From contig CAXXVO010000007.1 in NCBI GenBank assembly GCA_963422645.2, positions 576,001 to 640,000 of the forward strand: a stretch of 64,000 nt of DNA, given 5' to 3'. Of the stretch, positions 38,927 through 48,480 are shown one piece after another (the first letter of the stretch is position 1; the number at the start of each line of letters is the position of its first letter). The DNA comes from Alphaproteobacteria bacterium (GTDB lineage: Bacteria; Pseudomonadota; Alphaproteobacteria; UBA828). The position numbers and the translations under genes are program-made. The notes under the pieces were generated by a model. It was not told the origin of the DNA. It searched no databases and saw nothing but the letters and a program-made list of their open reading frames with translations.

Positions 38927-39766
38927 TCAGTAGACCGCGCCGGGTTTCCACTTCAGGACCTGCCGTTCGACGAGGGACGTGGTCACGAAGAAGGCCACCG
39001 CGAGCCCTGCGCCCAGGATCACCGTGGCGTAAAGCAGGGGGGCGCGGAAGTTGTAGGTGGCCTCGATGATGAGGGAGCCCAGGCCGTAGTTGGAGCCGAT
39101 CCATTCGCCGACGATGGCGCCGATAACGCAAGTCGTGGACGCGATCTTCAACGCCGCGAAGAGGAAGGGCAGCGAGCTCTGCAGCCGGATCTTGAACAGG
39201 ACTTCCCGGTCGTTGGCGGAGAGCACGCGCATCAGCTCGAGCATCTGCGGGCTGACGGCCTTGAGGCCACGCACCATGTTGACCAGGGTCGGGAAGAAGC
39301 AGATCAGGGCCGCGATGACGATCTTGGGCTCGTAGCCGTTGCCCAGCATCAGCACCAGGATCGGCGCGATGGCGATGATGGGGATCGTGTTGATGAAGAC
39401 CGCGATGGGATAGAACGCGCGCTCCGCGAGCCCGCTGTGCACGAACCAGACCGCCAGCAACACCGCGATGGTGTTGCCCAGCGCGAAGCCACACACCGCT
39501 TCCAGCAGGGTCGGCAGGAAGTTGATCCAGAGGATGTCGCCCTGCTCGGCAAACACCTGCAGGACCTGCCACGGGCTCGGTGCGATGTAGGTCGGCACCT
39601 CGAACCCGGTAACGATGAGGTGCCAGACGACCACCATGCCGACGGCGGCGATGACGGCCGGTGCGCGGCGGAAGCGCCGCCGCATCTTCGTTCTCTGGGA
39701 ACGCGCGGCCCCGGCCGCAGACGCCCGCGGCTTGGCGGCCTTCGCACCGACCTCTGTCGAGGTCAT
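38927..39766 (-). CDS. ABC permease (TauC/SsuC-like)
   Basis: Hydrophobic segments; IPIIAIAP, FFP, IVGEWIGSNYGLG. Confidence 0.9.
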   Translation of the reverse strand: MTSTEVGAKAAKPRASAAGAARSQRTKMRRRFRRAPAVIAAVGMVVVWHLIVTGFEVPTYIAPSPWQVLQVFAEQGDILWINFLPTLLEAVCGFALGNTIAVLLAVWFVHSGLAERAFYPIAVFINTIPIIAIAPILVLMLGNGYEPKIVIAALICFFPTLVNMVRGLKAVSPQMLELMRVLSANDREVLFKIRLQSSLPFLFAALKIASTTCVIGAIVGEWIGSNYGLGSLIIEATYNFRAPLLYATVILGAGLAVAFFVTTSLVERQVLKWKPGAVY

Positions 39767-40578
39767 CGCGGCACCTCCAACAGGCCGCGCAGGTGCGCGG
39801 TGACCTGCACGAACTCGAGCGTGTCGCGCATGCCGAGGACGCGCGGCGCGGTGAAGGAGATATCCACGTATTCGCGGACGCGGCCCGGCTGGGCCGAGAG
39901 CACCAGGCACTTCTGGCCGAGGAACGCGGCTTCCGGCACCGAATGGGTCACGAACATGATCGTGGTGCCTGTTTCTCTCCAGATACGCAGCAGCTCCTCG
40001 TTCAGCTTGTCGCGGTTGATCTCGTCGAGCGCGCCGAAGGGCTCGTCCATCAGCAGCACGCGGGGGCGGCAGACAAGCGCCCGGGCGATGGAGACGCGCT
40101 GACGCATACCGCCCGAGAGCTCGTGGGGCAGGGCATCCGTGCGTCCCTCCAAACCGACCAGCGCCAGCAGCTCCTCAGGCTCCGCATGCTGCTCGACGGC
40201 AACGCCGCGCCGGCCAACCTCCAACGGCAGGCGGACGTTGTCGATGACGCTGCGCCAGGGGAGCAGCGTCGCATCCTGAAAAACGAAGGCGAAGTCGCGG
40301 GCCCGGCGCGCCTGCTCCGGCGTGCGGCCGAAGACGCTGATCGCACCCGCGCTCACCGGTACCAGGTCGGCGATCGCCCTGAGCAACGTAGACTTGCCGC
40401 AGCCTGACGGCCCCAGCATGGTGACGAAGCCGGCTTCGAGCACGTCGAAGCCGACCTCGTCTAATGCCGTAATGCTGCCGGCGTCTCCGTCGAAACGGAC
40501 CGCCAGGTCGCGCACCGAGATCGCCGGGGCGGCGGAGGTCTCAGCGCCTGCCGTCGCCGCGGCGATGGCTGACGTCAT
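39763..40578 (-). CDS. ABC ATP-binding protein (TauB/SsuB-like)
   Basis: GPSGCGKS, LSGGMRQR, MDEPFGALD. Confidence 0.92.
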   Translation of the reverse strand: MTSAIAAATAGAETSAAPAISVRDLAVRFDGDAGSITALDEVGFDVLEAGFVTMLGPSGCGKSTLLRAIADLVPVSAGAISVFGRTPEQARRARDFAFVFQDATLLPWRSVIDNVRLPLEVGRRGVAVEQHAEPEELLALVGLEGRTDALPHELSGGMRQRVSIARALVCRPRVLLMDEPFGALDEINRDKLNEELLRIWRETGTTIMFVTHSVPEAAFLGQKCLVLSAQPGRVREYVDISFTAPRVLGMRDTLEFVQVTAHLRGLLEVPR

Positions 40579-41621
40579 CCAACCTGCTTTCTCACTTCCT
40601 CCGTGGCGGCCAGGACATCCGAGGTCATGACGTCGTCTACAGTCGGTGTCGCCCCCTGGAACTGCTCCAGCTCGGCGTAGGTATCGATCTGGTCCTGCCA
40701 GTTCGCCCGATTCATGGTCGCCCAGCCTTCGCTTGCTGTGACATCGTTGAAGGCGAAAGTGAGCAATGGAGCGACCGCTTCCAGCTCGCTCGCGTGGTCC
40801 AGGTTCTGGTACTCGGCCACGAGGTGCTCGACGCCGGCCTCGGGGTTCTTGCGCACCTCGCCCCAGCCGCGCGCAGACCCGGTGAGGAAGCGAGCCAACA
40901 CGTCTCCGTGTTCCGCCAGCATCTCGTCGGTGGCGTAGTAGACGTTGGCGTAGAGTTGGATGCCCGCGTCCCACAGCATCATGTCGACGCGACCGTCGCC
41001 GATGACTCTCAGCGCAGCGGTGTTGGACAGCCAGCCGGTGACCGCGGCGGCTCGGCCGGTCATCAGCTGGTTCATGTCGCTCCCCATCTTGACGACCTCG
41101 ACCTGATCCTCGGCGATGCCGTTCTTCGCCAGCAGCGCCCTGAGCAGGATCACCGCCGTCGGCTGCGTGGCGATGGTCTGGCCGATCATGTCCTGAGGCG
41201 TGCGGATGGGATTGCTCTCGAGCGAGAAGTAGGTGAAGGGGTGCTTCTGATAGCCGGCGGCGAACGCCTTGACCGGGATGCCGGCGGAACGCGCCAGCAT
41301 CAGCGAAGGGCTGGAGGAGAGCTGGCCGCTCTCAGCCCGGCCGGCGGCGACCGAAGCCACGCCGTCCACGCCTGGCCCGCCCGGCGTGACCTCGAGCTCG
41401 ATGCCCAGCTCGTCGTAGATTCCAGTGCGCTTGGCCATGACCTCGCCCAGGATGCCGTTGCTGGCGAGCCAGCCCAGCTGCATGTTGACCTTCGCCGCAT
41501 CGGCGCCGAGGGCCTCGACGCTGATCATGGACGACATTGCGGCGACGCCGCCGAGGGCGGAGCCGTAGCGCAGCAGTTCGCGGCGGCTGATCCCGGATTG
41601 GTGGTGATTGTGCTCTGTCAT
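40575..41621 (-). CDS. NMT1/THI5-like ABC substrate-binding protein, Tat signal
   Basis: SRRELL twin-arginine motif, QLGW, PGGP. Confidence 0.85.
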   Translation of the reverse strand: MTEHNHHQSGISRRELLRYGSALGGVAAMSSMISVEALGADAAKVNMQLGWLASNGILGEVMAKRTGIYDELGIELEVTPGGPGVDGVASVAAGRAESGQLSSSPSLMLARSAGIPVKAFAAGYQKHPFTYFSLESNPIRTPQDMIGQTIATQPTAVILLRALLAKNGIAEDQVEVVKMGSDMNQLMTGRAAAVTGWLSNTAALRVIGDGRVDMMLWDAGIQLYANVYYATDEMLAEHGDVLARFLTGSARGWGEVRKNPEAGVEHLVAEYQNLDHASELEAVAPLLTFAFNDVTASEGWATMNRANWQDQIDTYAELEQFQGATPTVDDVMTSDVLAATEEVRKQVG

Positions 41622-42048
41622 GGTCTGGCCTCCCAGGTGGTTGTCAGGCAGGTAGCGGATGGTGCGGGCCCGGCACCGCGTGCGCGCTTGGACTGCGAAT
41701 AGCGCGCCGGCGGCTCGTGTCGAAGCTGCATCGTCGGTTCTGGGCACCGCGCTACCAGCTCTTTCCGATGGACGTGATGCGGGAGGCGCGGCGGAGCGAT
41801 GCGAACCATCCCACTTGGATCATCCCCGATACCTCCCAACGTCGCAATCAACGGTAGCCAGCCGGCCTGTTCGAGGGAACTGCCAAATTCTGCTCCATGT
41901 GTTGCCCAAATTGCAACGCATGGAGCAGAACGGGCGACGTAATCAGGACACCGCGCGGAACGGATGCCGACCGGCGTGGTACCGTGTCGACTGGCTTCGA
42001 TTCAGAGGGGTCGAACGACGACGCCCAACGACAGCAGGGGGAGCGGTC

Positions 42049-43056
42049 ATGAGTCAGGCCAAAGCGGGCCGGGTGCATGTCGCGGCGTTCGAGGAAGTGC
42101 CGCAGATCGATATCGGGCCGCTGTTCCAGGACGACGAGCCGGCCCGTCGCCACGTGGGCGATGCCGTGCGGGGCGCCTGCATCGACGTCGGCTTCTTCTA
42201 CATCCGCAATCATGGCGTGCTGAAGGCGACCGTCGACGATCTGTTCGAGCAGATGGCGCTGTTCTACGCCCTGCCTAAAGTCGCAAAGAGCGAAATTCAC
42301 GCCAGCAAGTCCCGGTACTTTCGCGGCTATTCCGGGCTCTTTGAGGAGCGGCACGACGCGGCGGCCGACTATTACGAGCCGCACGAGGTCGTCGACTTCG
42401 GCCGCGAGAACCAGCCCGACGACCCGCCGGAATGCGCGAGCAGCCTGCTCTACGGCCCTAACCTCTGGCCGTCGGACCCGCCAGCGTTGCGCCAAGCCGT
42501 CGAGGCCTATTACGCGGCCATGCTTGAGGTCTCGAACGCGCTGCTCCGCGCCTTCGCGCTCGCCCTCGCTCTGCCCGAGGCCTATTTTGGCGACCAGTTC
42601 GACCGCGCCGCAGGCGCGCTCAGGCTCTTGCACTACCCGCCCCAGCCCTCCGGCGAGACGCGGCTCGGCGTCGGCGCGCACACTGACTACGAGATGTTCA
42701 CCATCCTGGCGCAGGATGCCAATCCCGGACTTCAGGTCTTGAACGGCGCGGGCCGCTGGATCGATATCCCGCCGGTCGCGGGAACCTTCGTGGTCAATAT
42801 CGGTGACCTCATGGCCCGCTGGACCAACGACCGCTTCACCTCGAACATCCACCGCGCCGCCAATCGGACCGGGCGGAACCGCTACTCGATCCCCTTCTTC
42901 ATGGGCGCGAACGTCAACACCGAGATCCGGTGCCTCGAGAGCTGCACCGGCCCGGACGACCCGCCCAGATACCCGCCTGTGCTGGCGGGGGCGCATATCG
43001 AGGCCCGCCTCGTCGAACTGCAGAAGGCCCTGATGGAAGCGAAGCGCGCCAGCTAA
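42049..43056 (+). CDS. 2OG-Fe(II) oxygenase, isopenicillin N synthase-like
   Basis: VPQIDI, GFFYIRNHG, HTD...H...R-Y-S motif. Confidence 0.92.
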   Translation: MSQAKAGRVHVAAFEEVPQIDIGPLFQDDEPARRHVGDAVRGACIDVGFFYIRNHGVLKATVDDLFEQMALFYALPKVAKSEIHASKSRYFRGYSGLFEERHDAAADYYEPHEVVDFGRENQPDDPPECASSLLYGPNLWPSDPPALRQAVEAYYAAMLEVSNALLRAFALALALPEAYFGDQFDRAAGALRLLHYPPQPSGETRLGVGAHTDYEMFTILAQDANPGLQVLNGAGRWIDIPPVAGTFVVNIGDLMARWTNDRFTSNIHRAANRTGRNRYSIPFFMGANVNTEIRCLESCTGPDDPPRYPPVLAGAHIEARLVELQKALMEAKRAS

Positions 43057-43112
43057 CCGCGCCGGGCGGCCGGCGCATTGACATGGCCGCTGCCCAGAGT
43101 TTCAAATGACCG

Positions 43113-43128
43113 AGGCACCATGCGTGCA
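43113..43128 (+). promoter_or_regulatory. possible sigma-54 promoter
   Basis: AGGCAC-CATGC-GTGCA with GG-N10-GC spacing upstream of the ABC operon; imperfect consensus. Confidence 0.25.
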
Positions 43129-43305
43129 GATGCAGCAGGGCATGGAAGACAAGGCGGGCCCCTCACAGGGGTATTGCAGCGGTCGTTCGGCACAGGCCGT
43201 CACTGTCCGCACCGCGCGATTACCCCCCGGCGGACGGGCCGTCCGGGATCGCAGGAGGTGGCGCCGGGCCATCCCTCGACAGGCTGACGCAGCAAGGAGG
43301 CTCCG

Positions 43306-44475
43306 ATGAATAACGGCGATAGTTCGAAGAAGACCGAAGGCACTGGTCTCAAAGTCAACCGACGCACCCTCCTGAAGGGTGGTGCGGCGGCGGCCGGCGC
43401 TGCGGCGGCGGGTTCACTCACCATCTTCTCGCGCACCGCGCGCGCTGCCGACACGCTACGGGTGCTGTGTTGGCCGGGCTATGAAGAGAAGGACGTGATC
43501 CAGGAGTTCGAGGATACGCACGGCGTCAACGTCGAGTTCAAGATCTACATCGGCGGCGAGCAGATGCTCCAGTTCTTCAACCAGACACCGCGCGGGACCT
43601 ACGACAATGTCCTGGCGGACGCCGAATACATCCGCAAGCTTGCGGCCATCGATGCGGTCGAGCCCTACAACCCGGGAGAGGTGCCCGAGCTCGCCAACTA
43701 CCACCCGAAATTCAACGACATGCACCAGGTGCAGGCGGGCGATGGGATGGTCTGGGGCACGCCGACGCGCTTCAGCTTCTACGCCATCTCGTATAACTCG
43801 GATCACATGAGCTTCGAGGAGAGCGGCGACTGGAACTCGCTCTTCCTGCCCAAGTTCGAAGGCAAGATCGGCATCTTCGACTGGTACCTGCCGAACATGG
43901 GCAATGCCAGCCTCGCCGTTCATCCCAACAAGGAGAACCCCTACGACCTGACTGACGAGCAGCTCGGTGCGGTCCGCGACTGGCTGCTGAAGCTCAGGCC
44001 CCAGGTCAACATGTTCGGCTCCGGCGCCCAGGCCATCGTGCAGGCGATGATCAACGGCGATGTCGTCGCAGGGATGATCGGCGATCTCGACATCGACCTG
44101 AAACTCGCCGGCTACACGAACATGGAATCGACCATTCCAGTGCAGGGCGGCATCCGTTGGCAGGAAGTGGCCACCATGTGCAAGCAGAGCGAGAACAAGG
44201 AGCTCGCGCTGGAGTGGATCAAGTACATGAGCCAGGCGCACGTCCAGGCCAAGCTCGCTTACACCAAGGCGTTCAAGGCGCGCGGCCCCAACCTCAATAT
44301 CGCCGACTACTGGACTGAGGAGCAGAACAATCTGCTCGGCTACTACCCCGATCCCAACAACCCCAGCCAGATGTGGGTGGAGACGCTGATCGACCGCAGC
44401 GTTGGCCGCGACCTTCCCGTGCAGCAGGATGAGAAGGCGTGGATCGACATCTTCAACGAGTTCAAGACGGGCTAG
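43306..44475 (+). CDS. PotD/PotF-like ABC substrate-binding protein, Tat signal
   Basis: NRRTLLK, LCWPGY, FEDTHGVNV. Confidence 0.85.
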   Translation: MNNGDSSKKTEGTGLKVNRRTLLKGGAAAAGAAAAGSLTIFSRTARAADTLRVLCWPGYEEKDVIQEFEDTHGVNVEFKIYIGGEQMLQFFNQTPRGTYDNVLADAEYIRKLAAIDAVEPYNPGEVPELANYHPKFNDMHQVQAGDGMVWGTPTRFSFYAISYNSDHMSFEESGDWNSLFLPKFEGKIGIFDWYLPNMGNASLAVHPNKENPYDLTDEQLGAVRDWLLKLRPQVNMFGSGAQAIVQAMINGDVVAGMIGDLDIDLKLAGYTNMESTIPVQGGIRWQEVATMCKQSENKELALEWIKYMSQAHVQAKLAYTKAFKARGPNLNIADYWTEEQNNLLGYYPDPNNPSQMWVETLIDRSVGRDLPVQQDEKAWIDIFNEFKTG

Positions 44476-44570
44476 ATTACCGCAGCTCGGCAAGCATCGA
44501 GGGAGGTGGGCGCCGGCGTTTCCGTGCGCCGGCCCCGCCCCACGCTCGGTCCACATGAGCCTGACAGACG

Positions 44571-45704
44571 ATGGTGCATGAGCGTGTGAGCGCGACAACG
44601 GGAGGCGCGGTCGCCGACCTGGAGGTGCGCGGCATCGCCAAGCGTTTTGGCTCGGTGGTCGCCATTGAACGGGTCGATATCGACGTTCAGCGGGGCGAGT
44701 TCGTCGCCATCATGGGGCCGAGCGGCTGCGGCAAGACGACGCTGCTCAGGATCATCGCCGGCTTGGAGAGAGCGGACGCAGGTACGCTGCTGCTGCGGGG
44801 CGAGGACATCAGCGACGTGCCGGTGCACAAGCGCAGCACTCGGCTGATCTGGCAGGACTATTCGCTCTTCCCCTTCCTCAACGTGCGCAAGAACATCGAG
44901 TTCGGGCTGACGCTCAGGCGCCACGACAAGAAGGCGGTGCGTGCCAAGGTCGACGCCGTGGCCGCGCAGGTGCATCTGGACCATCTTCTCTCGCGCCGCA
45001 TCGGCCAGTTGAGCGGCGGTGAGAAGCAGCGGGTCGCCATCGCCCGGGCGCTGGTCACAGAACCCGAAATCCTTCTCCTCGACGAGCCGCTCAGCTCGCT
45101 CGACGCGCACCTCAGGATCAAGGTGCAGAGCGAGCTCACGGTGCTGCAGCGGGAGCTTGGAATCTCCTTCATCTACGTCACCCACAACCAGAGCGAAGCC
45201 TTCGCGATGGCGGACCGGGTGGTGGTGATGAACAAGGGTGTGGTGGAGCAGACCGGCCGGCCTGCCGAGATCTACAATCGTCCGGAAACCCACTTCGTCG
45301 CCGAATTCGTGGGCGCCAACAATATCTTCGAAGGCAGGGTCGCGGACACGGCGGGAGGCACGGTGGCGGTCGACTGCAGCCACGGCAAGGTCCACATCGC
45401 CGGCCACGGCAACAGGGTCGACCAGGGTGCCGCCGTCGAGCTCGTCGTGCAGGCGGACAAGCTGCGCCGCCGCCAGGACGGCGAGGACGGCCTGAACGCG
45501 ATTCGGGCGGTCCTGAGGGGCCGCGAGTTCACCGGCTCGCAGGTGATCTACTACCTGGAGACCGCTCAAGGCGTCGAGGTCAAGATGGTCCTTCAGGAAC
45601 CCTTCACCGAGGGCGAAGGCACCGAGATCAACTCGGAAATGGAGCTCTGCTGGGAGCCCGAGGACACCGTCATCCTCGGGCACCCGGACGCGCGCCAGCC
45701 GTGA
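44571..45704 (+). CDS. PotA-like ABC ATP-binding protein
   Basis: GPSGCGKT, LSGGEKQR, LDEPLS, C-terminal TOBE-like region. Confidence 0.92.
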   Translation: MVHERVSATTGGAVADLEVRGIAKRFGSVVAIERVDIDVQRGEFVAIMGPSGCGKTTLLRIIAGLERADAGTLLLRGEDISDVPVHKRSTRLIWQDYSLFPFLNVRKNIEFGLTLRRHDKKAVRAKVDAVAAQVHLDHLLSRRIGQLSGGEKQRVAIARALVTEPEILLLDEPLSSLDAHLRIKVQSELTVLQRELGISFIYVTHNQSEAFAMADRVVVMNKGVVEQTGRPAEIYNRPETHFVAEFVGANNIFEGRVADTAGGTVAVDCSHGKVHIAGHGNRVDQGAAVELVVQADKLRRRQDGEDGLNAIRAVLRGREFTGSQVIYYLETAQGVEVKMVLQEPFTEGEGTEINSEMELCWEPEDTVILGHPDARQP

Positions 45705-45743
45705 GCACGGCTTACCCAACACTGTGCTGAGGACGGGGGTCTT

Positions 45744-46652
45744 GTGACCGAAGGCAGCGTCATCCCCCCTTCAAACAGGAGTCCTCTCAAGCTCACGTTC
45801 CTGGCGCCGCCGGTCGCCTACTATGCGATTTTCTTCATCGCGCCGCTGGCATTCCTGATCGTGCTCGGCTTCTGGATCGTGCGCGACTATCAGATCGTCT
45901 CCGAGTTTTCGGTCACCAATTACGTCGACATCTTCTCCCAGTTCTTCAGCCGTTCGCGCTTCGGCTTCGCCCTGATCCAGTCGATCTATGTCGCGGTGAC
46001 CACCAGCGTGTTCGCCGTCATCTTCTGCTACTTGCTGGCGATGGGGATCGTCTTCTGCGTGCCCGAGCGCTACCAGCGGCTCTTCCTGGTGCTCGCGATA
46101 CTCCCCTTCTGGAGCAGCTACGTCCTCAGGCTCTTCGCCTGGCAGCTGATACTGGCGCAAAAGGGCGTGCTCAACTACGCCCTCGGCGCGCTCGGCCTAG
46201 ACGACCCCCTGATCATCACGAACACGCAGATCGGTACGCGCATCGGCCTCATCCACTACCTTTCGCCGATCCTGATCATCATCCTCTACATCACGCTCAT
46301 CAACGTGAACCGGAACCTGATCGAGGCGGCGCGCGAGCTCGGCGCGACGCGCCTGCAGGCGTTCTGGCGCGTGATCGTGCCCCTCAGCCGGCTCGGGCTG
46401 ACATTCGCCTTCGGCTTCGGCGTTATCGTCAGCTTCGGCGACGTGCTCTCGGGTATGTTGGTCGGCGGCGGGATCGGCCAGTCCTGGCTGGGCTCTTATC
46501 CGCTCTACTCCAACATGATCATGGCCGACTACAACAGTTACACCAACCTGCCCCGCACCGCGGCGCTGGCCACGGTCATGGTCCTCATCATGGTGGTGAT
46601 GCTGGTGGTCGCCTACCGCATGGCCGACCGGGCCAGGCACCGGATGTCGTGA
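45744..46652 (+). CDS. PotB-like ABC permease
   Basis: LPFWSSYVLR, EAARELGA. Confidence 0.9.
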   Translation: MTEGSVIPPSNRSPLKLTFLAPPVAYYAIFFIAPLAFLIVLGFWIVRDYQIVSEFSVTNYVDIFSQFFSRSRFGFALIQSIYVAVTTSVFAVIFCYLLAMGIVFCVPERYQRLFLVLAILPFWSSYVLRLFAWQLILAQKGVLNYALGALGLDDPLIITNTQIGTRIGLIHYLSPILIIILYITLINVNRNLIEAARELGATRLQAFWRVIVPLSRLGLTFAFGFGVIVSFGDVLSGMLVGGGIGQSWLGSYPLYSNMIMADYNSYTNLPRTAALATVMVLIMVVMLVVAYRMADRARHRMS

Positions 46653-47473
46653 CCGTGGGCCGCCTTGATTTCTATCTTCGCGAGAACGGCTACAAGCTCG
46701 CCGGGCGCGTCTACCTCTTTCTCGGCTTCATCTTCCTGCTGTTGCCGATCGCCTTCCTGATCCTCTTCTCGTTTCAGAAGAACGTCTATTCCTCGCTCCC
46801 CCTCCGGGGCTGGTCGCTCGAGTGGTACGACAAGCTGGTGAGGGACGGAGTCCTCTTCGACGCGCTGCTGAACAGCCTTTATGTCTCTCCGATCGCGGCG
46901 ACTGGGGCCTCGATCATCGGCTTCCTCGCGGCCTATGCCCTCAACCGCTTCGTCTTTCCCGGTCGCCTGCTGACGGCGACGATCCTGATCCTGCCGATCC
47001 TGATACCGCCGCTGATCCTCGGCGTCTCGCTGCTGGGCCTGCTCTCCCGGATCGGCCTGCACGGCCAGCTCTACAGCATCATCATCGCGCACACGCTGCT
47101 GCTGACGGCGCCCGCCATGGCGATCATCCAGCTTCGCCTCGCGCAGATGCCGTCCACGCTGGAGGAGGCCGCCTGGGACCTCGGCGCGAACGAGCTCCAG
47201 ACCATCTGGCGCGTGGTATTGCCCTGGGCGCTGCCCGGCATCGCCGGCGGCTGGCTGCTGGCCTTCACCTTCTCGTTCGACGAATTCATCATCGCCTGGT
47301 TCGTGTCGGGCTTCGACCAGACGCTGCCGGTCGCCGTCTACAATGTCATGATCGCCTCGCACGATCCCTCGCTCAACGCGATCGGAACGATCGTCTTCGG
47401 CCTGCTCCTGCTCACCCTGCTGGGCGCCGAGCTGCTGATCATTCCGCTATTCATGAGACGCCGCACGACGTAA
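46649..47473 (+). CDS. PotC-like ABC permease
   Basis: EEAAWDLGA, FTFSFDEF. Confidence 0.9.
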   Translation: MTVGRLDFYLRENGYKLAGRVYLFLGFIFLLLPIAFLILFSFQKNVYSSLPLRGWSLEWYDKLVRDGVLFDALLNSLYVSPIAATGASIIGFLAAYALNRFVFPGRLLTATILILPILIPPLILGVSLLGLLSRIGLHGQLYSIIIAHTLLLTAPAMAIIQLRLAQMPSTLEEAAWDLGANELQTIWRVVLPWALPGIAGGWLLAFTFSFDEFIIAWFVSGFDQTLPVAVYNVMIASHDPSLNAIGTIVFGLLLLTLLGAELLIIPLFMRRRTT

Positions 47474-47505
47474 CGCTGCACCGCGATTCAAGGAAGGAGA
47501 GCGCG

Positions 47506-48033
47506 ATGGACAAGACAGACTACATGAGACGGGCGATCGATCTCGCGCGGGAGAAGATGCTTGAGGGCACCGGCTACTGGCCCTACGGCTGCGTCATCGT
47601 GAAGGACGGCGAGGTCGTGGGCGAGGGCTGCAACGATATGGGCTTCTCGCTCGACCCGACAGGCCATGGCGAGATCGTGGCGATCCGCGATGCCTGCAAG
47701 CGGCTCGGCACGATGGATCTCACAGGTTGCGAGCTCTACACCAGTTGCGAGCCCTGCTCGCTCTGCTCCAGCGCGATCTGGCTAACCAACATCGCCAAGG
47801 TGTACTACGGCGCCTCGCTGGAGGACTGCCGCGGCCATGGCTCGGATTTCGACCCGCTGCGCCGCGACGTCGGCAAGCCCATTCACGAGAGGAGCATACC
47901 GGCAGAGCGCGTGCTCGGTGAGGAGGGGAGCGCCCTGCTTGCGGAGTGGGCCGCGCTCATCGAGAAGACTCCCGCCATGCAGGAGGAGCGCAGCCGCCAC
48001 GCTCCCATCGGCGAGCGGTCGGGCTCGGCGTAG
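47506..48033 (+). CDS. nucleoside/nucleobase deaminase (GuaD/TadA-like CDA fold)
   Basis: DPTGHGE and EPCSLC zinc motifs; RBS AAGGAGA upstream. Confidence 0.9.
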   Translation: MDKTDYMRRAIDLAREKMLEGTGYWPYGCVIVKDGEVVGEGCNDMGFSLDPTGHGEIVAIRDACKRLGTMDLTGCELYTSCEPCSLCSSAIWLTNIAKVYYGASLEDCRGHGSDFDPLRRDVGKPIHERSIPAERVLGEEGSALLAEWAALIEKTPAMQEERSRHAPIGERSGSA

Positions 48034-48066
48034 GCGACGGTAGGGCCGGAACGCGGGAGAGCGACG

Positions 48067-48480
48067 GTGAGCCTCGATGCCTTGCGAAATCTGACCGACA
48101 TCGGCCTCTTCGTCTCGGACCTGGAGCGCGCCATCGCCTTCTACGGCGAGACCCTCGGTTTCGAGCTCAAGCGCCGTGACATCGGCTTCGCCGAGTTCCA
48201 CACTAACGGCGTGGGCCTCGCGCTCTGGGAGGTCTCAGACGTGACCCAGGCGCTCGAGCTCGCAGAGACGCCCCGCCAGGGACTCTCCGTTATGGTGGCG
48301 GTCCGTGTGGAGACGGCGGAAACCGTGGACGCGCTCCACGACACGTTGGCGGCCAAGGGCGTGCGCATCGTTCAGCCGCCGACCACGCATTCGTGGAATG
48401 CGCGCACCACCTACTTCAGCGATCCGGACGGCAACCTCTGGGAAATATATGCCTGGGTCGACGCCCCGCGCACGATCTGA
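48067..48480 (+). CDS. VOC/glyoxalase family protein
   Basis: VSDLERAIAFY...LG, FSDPDGNLWEI. Confidence 0.88.
   Translation: MSLDALRNLTDIGLFVSDLERAIAFYGETLGFELKRRDIGFAEFHTNGVGLALWEVSDVTQALELAETPRQGLSVMVAVRVETAETVDALHDTLAAKGVRIVQPPTTHSWNARTTYFSDPDGNLWEIYAWVDAPRTI

Noticed and set aside
41850-41930. Sigma-54 promoter or operator between the divergent operons
   Set aside because: The TGGC...TTGC spacing is wrong, and the short TGCC(C)AAATT repeats are too weak to call.
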